This document shows positions 58,893-64,000 of a stretch of 64,000 nt of DNA, one piece after another (position 1 is the first letter of the stretch; every line of letters starts with the position of its first letter). Position numbers and translations under genes: made by a program. The notes under the pieces were generated by a model. The model had not been told where the DNA came from. It saw nothing but the letters and a program-made list of their open reading frames with translations, and made no database searches. Source of the stretch: an uncultured Bdellovibrionales bacterium (GTDB lineage: Bacteria; Patescibacteriota; Minisyncoccia; Moranbacterales; UBA2206); the NCBI GenBank assembly GCA_964538685.1, contig CAZIFD010000002.1, positions 77,255-141,254 on the forward strand, read 5' to 3'.

Positions 58893-60119
58893 TTATTTTT
58901 CTTCTTCCTTTTTTTCTTTTCCGGAAACGAGAAGCAGTCCCATTCTGTGTTCTTTAGGTTCAATGGAGAGAATTTTCCAATCATATTCTTCTCCTGTTTT
59001 GATGATTTCTTCCAGATTTTTTCCTGGGAAGGCTTGAGACATTTCGCTGATATGGGCCAAGCCGTGAATATCTTTGTCTAAATAAACGAAAGCTCCAAAA
59101 TGGTTAATCTTATTGACGGTTCCCTTGACCATATCTCCGATTTTATATTTTTCATCTATTTCGCTCCATGGATCGGTTTGAAGAGCTCGGATGGAAAGAG
59201 AAATTTTATCAGCATCAATCCCAATAATTTTGGCTTTTACTCTGTCGCCTACCTTAATGATGTCCCGAGGATTTTCAATAAGTTGCCAAGCTAATTCACT
59301 GATATGGGCCAAGCCTTCCAGCTTTTCTTCATCTTCAGTGGTCGTGGCATTTTTCGGTAAGAATTTGATGAAAGCTCCAAAATCAACTACTCCACTTACT
59401 TCTCCGTCAATAATATCTCCAACTGAAAGTTGGGAAATAACTTCTCTATCCTTTTCGCTTTGAGCCGCTTTTTCGCTAGCAATTAATTTTTCCGTATCCC
59501 TTTCAGCATCAATTACCCGAACAGTAAGTTCCTGACCCTGGAGTTTTTTGAGCATTTGCAAGATTTTATTCTTGTCTCCGTCTTCAACTCGGGGATAGTT
59601 TTTACTGGAAAGTTGAGAAACTGGCAAGAATCCGGAAATTCCGTTAATTTCAATCAAAAGACCACCCTTGTTGACACCTACTACTTTGGTTGAAATATTT
59701 TCTTGAGTATCTTTTTTACTTTCAATATCATCCCAAGCTTTTTCATAAGATGCTTCACGGATGGAAAGTTCAATGAATCCGTCTTCGTTTTCAATTTCCG
59801 TAACTGTGGCACTTACTTTGTCGCCTATTTTTAGTTTGCCACTGCCCATTCCGTCTTTAATCTCTTTTCCCATTACGATTCCGGTTCCGAAAGGCGCTAA
59901 GTCAAGATAGAGCTCTTGAGAAGAGATTTCAATCACTTCTCCTTCAATAACATCGCCCACATTAGGAAAAGAAACCGTTTGTTTTTCCAGCAAGTCTTCC
60001 ATAGCGGAATTATTAGCGGGTTCGGTTTGGTTTTTTGGCTTTGAGGAAGATTTTTTAGCAATTTTAGAGTTGTCTATTTTGTCAACTTCACTGGCCAGGG
60101 TATCTAATATATCAGTCAT
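58893..60119 (-). CDS. rpsA: 30S ribosomal protein S1 (four S1 domains)
   Basis: Repeated S1 OB-fold modules (VGDVIEGEV..., GDKVSATV..., VGDIIDGEV..., GDMVKGTV...). Confidence 0.8.
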   Translation of the reverse strand: MTDILDTLASEVDKIDNSKIAKKSSSKPKNQTEPANNSAMEDLLEKQTVSFPNVGDVIEGEVIEISSQELYLDLAPFGTGIVMGKEIKDGMGSGKLKIGDKVSATVTEIENEDGFIELSIREASYEKAWDDIESKKDTQENISTKVVGVNKGGLLIEINGISGFLPVSQLSSKNYPRVEDGDKNKILQMLKKLQGQELTVRVIDAERDTEKLIASEKAAQSEKDREVISQLSVGDIIDGEVSGVVDFGAFIKFLPKNATTTEDEEKLEGLAHISELAWQLIENPRDIIKVGDRVKAKIIGIDADKISLSIRALQTDPWSEIDEKYKIGDMVKGTVNKINHFGAFVYLDKDIHGLAHISEMSQAFPGKNLEEIIKTGEEYDWKILSIEPKEHRMGLLLVSGKEKKEEEK

Positions 60120-60352
60120 TTGTTTGTTTTGACGAATAAAGCAAAAAAATCGTCTAATTTATTAAAAATTATTGCTTTTTAGAAACAAAAAAACCTGCAA
60201 GCAGGTAATAATTAAGAAATAAGGGAAATTAAAGCATTTCCTATTTAATTTTCTTAATAATTAACTGTTTCGCCATTGTAGATGATAATTAATCTTTTGG
60301 CAAGTAGCTGTTGAATTTTATAAGGATGAATGTTTTTGGCAAAGAGATTATT

Positions 60353-60382
60353 CTCGACAAGTCATTTTTTCCGTGCTAAAAT
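60353..60382 (+). promoter_or_regulatory. Candidate sigma-70-type promoter for the MBL-fold gene
   Basis: TCGACA, 18 nt, TAAAAT with upstream TG (extended -10), about 30 nt before the ATG at 60413. Confidence 0.35.
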
Positions 60383-60412
60383 ACTTTTGTAATAAAGAAA
60401 AATCTTGAATTT

Positions 60413-61063
60413 ATGAACATCCAATATTATGGGCATTCCTGTTTTAAAATAACTACCAAGCCGGCTGGACGCGGTCAAGAAGACGCCAATATATTTTTGG
60501 ATCCTTTTGATAAGAGTGTCGGGCTTCGTCCTCCTCACGGAGTGGCTGATTTGGTTTTAATAAGTCACAATCATGCCGATCACAATAATGTTTCCGCACT
60601 CAAGGGCGAACCGATTGTAATTGATATTCCGGGAGAATATTCAGTTAAAGGGATTAATATTTTGGGAATTCAGACATATCACGATGAGAAAAAAGAAGAA
60701 ATTAACACAGTTTTTATTTTAGAATCGGAAGATATTAGGGTTTGTCATTTGGGAGATTTGGGTTCCGAGCTTTCCACTAAACAATTGGAGCAGATTGACG
60801 GAATAGATATTCTGATGATTCCGATTGGCGGAAAATACACCATAGACTACAAAAAAGCTATAGACTTAATTAAAAAGATAGAGCCTAAAGTTATTATCCC
60901 AATGCATTATAAGATTAAAGGTTCTGTTGTTGACATTGATGACGAAAAGAAATTTTGCAATGAGATTGGTAATTGTCCGACTCAAAAAGTTTCTAAAATG
61001 AATTTCAAGAAAAAAGATTTGGAAGGAAAAAGTATGGAAGTTGTGTTGATGGATTTGGAGTAG
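60413..61063 (+). CDS. MBL-fold metallo-hydrolase
   Basis: LVLISHNHADHNN (HxHxDH) motif. Confidence 0.75.
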   Translation: MNIQYYGHSCFKITTKPAGRGQEDANIFLDPFDKSVGLRPPHGVADLVLISHNHADHNNVSALKGEPIVIDIPGEYSVKGINILGIQTYHDEKKEEINTVFILESEDIRVCHLGDLGSELSTKQLEQIDGIDILMIPIGGKYTIDYKKAIDLIKKIEPKVIIPMHYKIKGSVVDIDDEKKFCNEIGNCPTQKVSKMNFKKKDLEGKSMEVVLMDLE

Positions 61064-61522
61064 ATGCCTATGAAAATAGAGGAAAAAATAGAAGAAATAA
61101 GAAGAAAACCGGATAATATTCGGCTTCGTTATGTGTGGGCTTGTGTGTCTTTTTGTATGGTTTTTATCTTAGTGGTTTGGTTTTTTTCTTTCGGATTTAG
61201 CAATAAATCATCAAACAACCAAGAAATTTTTCAATCCAATCCTCTGAAAGAATTTCAAGCTCAAAAGGAAAATTTAGAAGAATATTCCAATCAATTGGAT
61301 ACTGTCAAAAATAATTTTTCCAATTTGACCCAAGAAATTCAGGTAACTTCTGGTGATTCGTCAGAGAAATCTTCTTCAAAGAATGAATCAGTGGTTTCTG
61401 ATGGCGCGGAAAATGTTATTGAACAACCAAAACCGTCAAGTGAGGATCAAACAGAGCTTCCTTCGGTTAAAAAAGAAATGCCGGCTCAGGATTCTCTTCC
61501 TCCCAAGCCGGTTTCAGAATAG
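61064..61522 (+). CDS. Hypothetical single-TM protein
   Basis: 152 aa; TM at about residues 25-45; Ser/Glu-rich tail. Confidence 0.3.
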   Translation: MPMKIEEKIEEIRRKPDNIRLRYVWACVSFCMVFILVVWFFSFGFSNKSSNNQEIFQSNPLKEFQAQKENLEEYSNQLDTVKNNFSNLTQEIQVTSGDSSEKSSSKNESVVSDGAENVIEQPKPSSEDQTELPSVKKEMPAQDSLPPKPVSE

Positions 61523-61615
61523 ATTTTTTAAATTTAAAAATAATAAAAAACCAAAGCATTTTTGCTTTGCTTTGTTTTAGAAAAGCGAAAGCAGAATTTT
61601 TTGGATGACCTTTTT

Positions 61616-64000
61616 ATGGAAAACAAATTGGAATTGGAAAATATTTCAAAAAAAGAAATAACCACCGAAGTTCAGCAGTCCTATTTGGATTATGCAATGA
61701 GTGTAATTGTTTCGCGTGCTCTTCCGGATGTCAGAGACGGACTTAAGCCGGTTCACCGAAGAATTCTTTATTCTATGTGGTCAACCGGGCTTCGTTCCAG
61801 CGCTAAATTCAGAAAATCAGCTACGGTAGTGGGAGAAGTTTTAGGAAAATATCATCCCCACGGAGATGCGGCGGTATATGATTCTATGGTTAGAATGGCG
61901 CAAGATTTTTCTCTTCGCTATCCCCTAGTCAAAGGACAGGGAAACTTCGGTTCAATGGATGGGGACGGAGCAGCCGCTTATCGTTATACAGAAGCCAAAC
62001 TTTCTCAGATTGCCGAGGAAATGCTTCAAGATATTGAAAAAGATACTGTAGATTTCGTGCCTAATTTTGACGGTCAACACAAAGAGCCAACTGTTTTACC
62101 TTCCAATTTACCTCAATTGCTTCTTAATGGTTCAATGGGTATTGCAGTCGGAATGGCAACTAATATTCCTCCACACAATCTTTCCGAATTGATTGACGGA
62201 GTTTGCGCTTTGGCTGATAATCCGGAAATTCCCATTGAGGATTTAGTGGAAATTATTCCCGGACCGGATTTCCCAACCGGTGGAATAATTTACAACAAAA
62301 AAGATATTATTGAAGCTTATAAAACCGGACGAGGAAAAATATTAACTCGGGCCAAAGCGGATATTTTAGAAACCAAGAGTGGAATGTTTCAAATTATTAT
62401 TTCAGAAATGACTTATGCTACCAATAAGTCAACTTTAATTGAAAAAATGGCTGATTTAGTGCGAGATGGAAAAATAGTCGGAATTAGGGATTTGCGAGAT
62501 GAATCTGATAAAGACGGGGTAAGAATCGTGGTTGATCTTAAAAAAGACGCTTATCCTCAGAAAGTGCTAAATAAACTTTATACACTTACGGATCTTCAAA
62601 AGAATTTTGGAGTTAATATGCTAGCTTTGGTTAATGGCATTGAACCGACTGTTCTTAATCTAAAAGATGTTTTAGAAGAATACTTGGCACATCGAAAAAT
62701 TGTAGTCAAAAGAAGAACTCAATTTGATTTAAATAAAGCCAAGGACAGAGCTCATATTCTTGAAGGACTCAAAAAAGCTTTGGATCATATTGATGCTATT
62801 ATTGAAACTATCAAAAAATCACCAACCAAAGAAATAGCCCATGAGAATTTGATAAAAAAATTCAAGCTTTCTGACAGGCAAGCTACGGCAATTCTTGAAA
62901 TGAGACTTCAAACACTGGCTGGATTGGAAAGAAAGAAGATTGAGGAAGAATTAAAAGAAAAACTCAAACTTATTGCCGAACTTGAAGCAATTCTTAAAAG
63001 CGAAAAAAAGCTTTTAGGAATCGTAAAAGATGAACTCATTAGAGTAAAAGAAAAATTTGGCGATGAACGAAAGACTAAAATTATTAAATCGGGAATTACG
63101 GAATTTAAACAAGAAGATTTGGTACCAAATGAAGAGGCTATTATAACCCTTTCCGATTCAGGGTACATCAAGCGAATGAATCCGGGAGTTTACAAGGTTC
63201 AAAACCGCGGAGGAAAAGGTGTTATTGGAGCAACAACTAAAGAAGGTGACGCTGTAAATAAGGTTTTAGGCGTAATGACTCATGACAATCTTCTTTTTTT
63301 CACCAACAGTGGAAAAGTTTTCCAAACCAAAGCTTATGAGATTCCGGAATCAACCAGAACTGCCAAGGGACAATCAATTGTTAATTTTCTGGAGCTTAAA
63401 AATGATGAAAAAGTAACCGCAATGATTGCTTTCGGCAAAGACGATGCCTATAAATACCTTTTTATGGCAACGGAAATGGGAACAGTCAAAAAAACCGATC
63501 TTTCCGATTTTGAAAATGTAAGGCGGTCTGGTCTTATTGCCATTAATCTTCAAAAAGGTGATACTTTGGGTTGGGTAGATGCCACAACCGGTCAAGACGA
63601 AGTAATTATAACAACCTCAGGGGGACTCGCGATTCATTTCAAAGAAAAAGATGTTCGTCCGATGGGCAGAACCGCTAGCGGAGTTCGGGGTATTAAATTA
63701 AAAAAGGATGATATGGTAGTGGGAATGGATGTGGTTCTTTCTAAACAAAAAGGAAATCAATTGCTTGTCATTACGGCAAATGGATATGGAAAAAGATCTG
63801 ATTTGAAATATTACAAAATCCAAAAACGAGGTGGTTCTGGAATTAAAACGGCCAACATTACCGCAAAAACCGGCAGATTGGTTGGCGCTCAAGTGGTTAA
63901 TTTGGACGAAATTGAAGAGGACTTAATTCTAACTTCTGATAATGGTCAGATTATTCGTATTCCTCTTAAAAGTGTATCTTCTCTTGGAAGAGCCACTCAA
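61616..64000 (+). CDS. gyrA: DNA gyrase subunit A, 3'-truncated by window edge
   Basis: [27 protein letters not shown]...[25 protein letters not shown]. In frame to the last base of the window. Confidence 0.9.
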   Translation, partial: MENKLELENISKKEITTEVQQSYLDYAMSVIVSRALPDVRDGLKPVHRRILYSMWSTGLRSSAKFRKSATVVGEVLGKYHPHGDAAVYDSMVRMAQDFSLRYPLVKGQGNFGSMDGDGAAAYRYTEAKLSQIAEEMLQDIEKDTVDFVPNFDGQHKEPTVLPSNLPQLLLNGSMGIAVGMATNIPPHNLSELIDGVCALADNPEIPIEDLVEIIPGPDFPTGGIIYNKKDIIEAYKTGRGKILTRAKADILETKSGMFQIIISEMTYATNKSTLIEKMADLVRDGKIVGIRDLRDESDKDGVRIVVDLKKDAYPQKVLNKLYTLTDLQKNFGVNMLALVNGIEPTVLNLKDVLEEYLAHRKIVVKRRTQFDLNKAKDRAHILEGLKKALDHIDAIIETIKKSPTKEIAHENLIKKFKLSDRQATAILEMRLQTLAGLERKKIEEELKEKLKLIAELEAILKSEKKLLGIVKDELIRVKEKFGDERKTKIIKSGITEFKQEDLVPNEEAIITLSDSGYIKRMNPGVYKVQNRGGKGVIGATTKEGDAVNKVLGVMTHDNLLFFTNSGKVFQTKAYEIPESTRTAKGQSIVNFLELKNDEKVTAMIAFGKDDAYKYLFMATEMGTVKKTDLSDFENVRRSGLIAINLQKGDTLGWVDATTGQDEVIITTSGGLAIHFKEKDVRPMGRTASGVRGIKLKKDDMVVGMDVVLSKQKGNQLLVITANGYGKRSDLKYYKIQKRGGSGIKTANITAKTGRLVGAQVVNLDEIEEDLILTSDNGQIIRIPLKSVSSLGRATQ

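Noticed and set aside
60186-60206. Short CCTGC-N-GCAGG hairpin with adjacent T-run upstream of rpsA
   Set aside because: The stem is too short and ambiguous to call a terminator or attenuator with confidence.

Overview
This is a low-GC, compact bacterial chromosome segment. Its gene content and organisation resemble a reduced-genome, Gram-positive-like or Candidate Phyla Radiation (Patescibacteria)-type organism; that assignment is inferred from gene content only. The window spans the replication origin: rpmH-rnpA-yidC-jag runs on the + strand and dnaA-dnaN on the - strand, with perfect DnaA boxes and an AT-rich putative DNA-unwinding region (DUE) in the dnaA-dnaN spacer. Recognisable housekeeping genes are the 3' part of pilB, ruvB, yebC, ruvC, a PBP1A, rsmA, comM, lspA, dksA-like, yraN, pnp, rpsO, pcrA, xerC/D, tRNA-Val(GAC), tRNA-Met(CAT), ftsH, tilS, gmk, rpsA and the 5' part of gyrA. 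Three accessory regions stand out. (1) 6576-10491 is a translationally coupled operon: a 7TM membrane protein, an ATP-grasp ligase fused to a retropepsin-like (DTGA) peptidase, and two further RimK-like ATP-grasp ligases. This looks like a peptide-tagging or peptide-polymerising module. (2) 23881-38121 is a ~14 kb minus-strand cluster resembling a Gram-positive-type type IV secretion system. It has VirB4 (apparently split into an N-terminal-domain ORF plus an ATPase ORF), a PrgI/VirB3-like protein, a VirB6/TrbL-like polytopic protein, a VirB2/TrbC-like two-helix pilin fused to a Cys/His-rich C-terminal domain, a 903-aa Thr/Cys-rich anchored surface protein, secreted Ca-binding-repeat proteins and a TolB-like beta-propeller. 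VirD4, VirB11 and a relaxase are absent from the window. (3) 18362-23958 is a surface-polysaccharide locus with a flippase, two GT2 glycosyltransferases and two O-antigen-ligase-like proteins. Other notable items are a lamin-tail-domain/PKD protein with a (GAA)12 tract, a UbiA prenyltransferase fused to a novel N-terminal membrane domain, and several hairpin-rich non-coding stretches that may hold small RNAs. All calls come from reading the translations and sequence motifs; no database searches were run.
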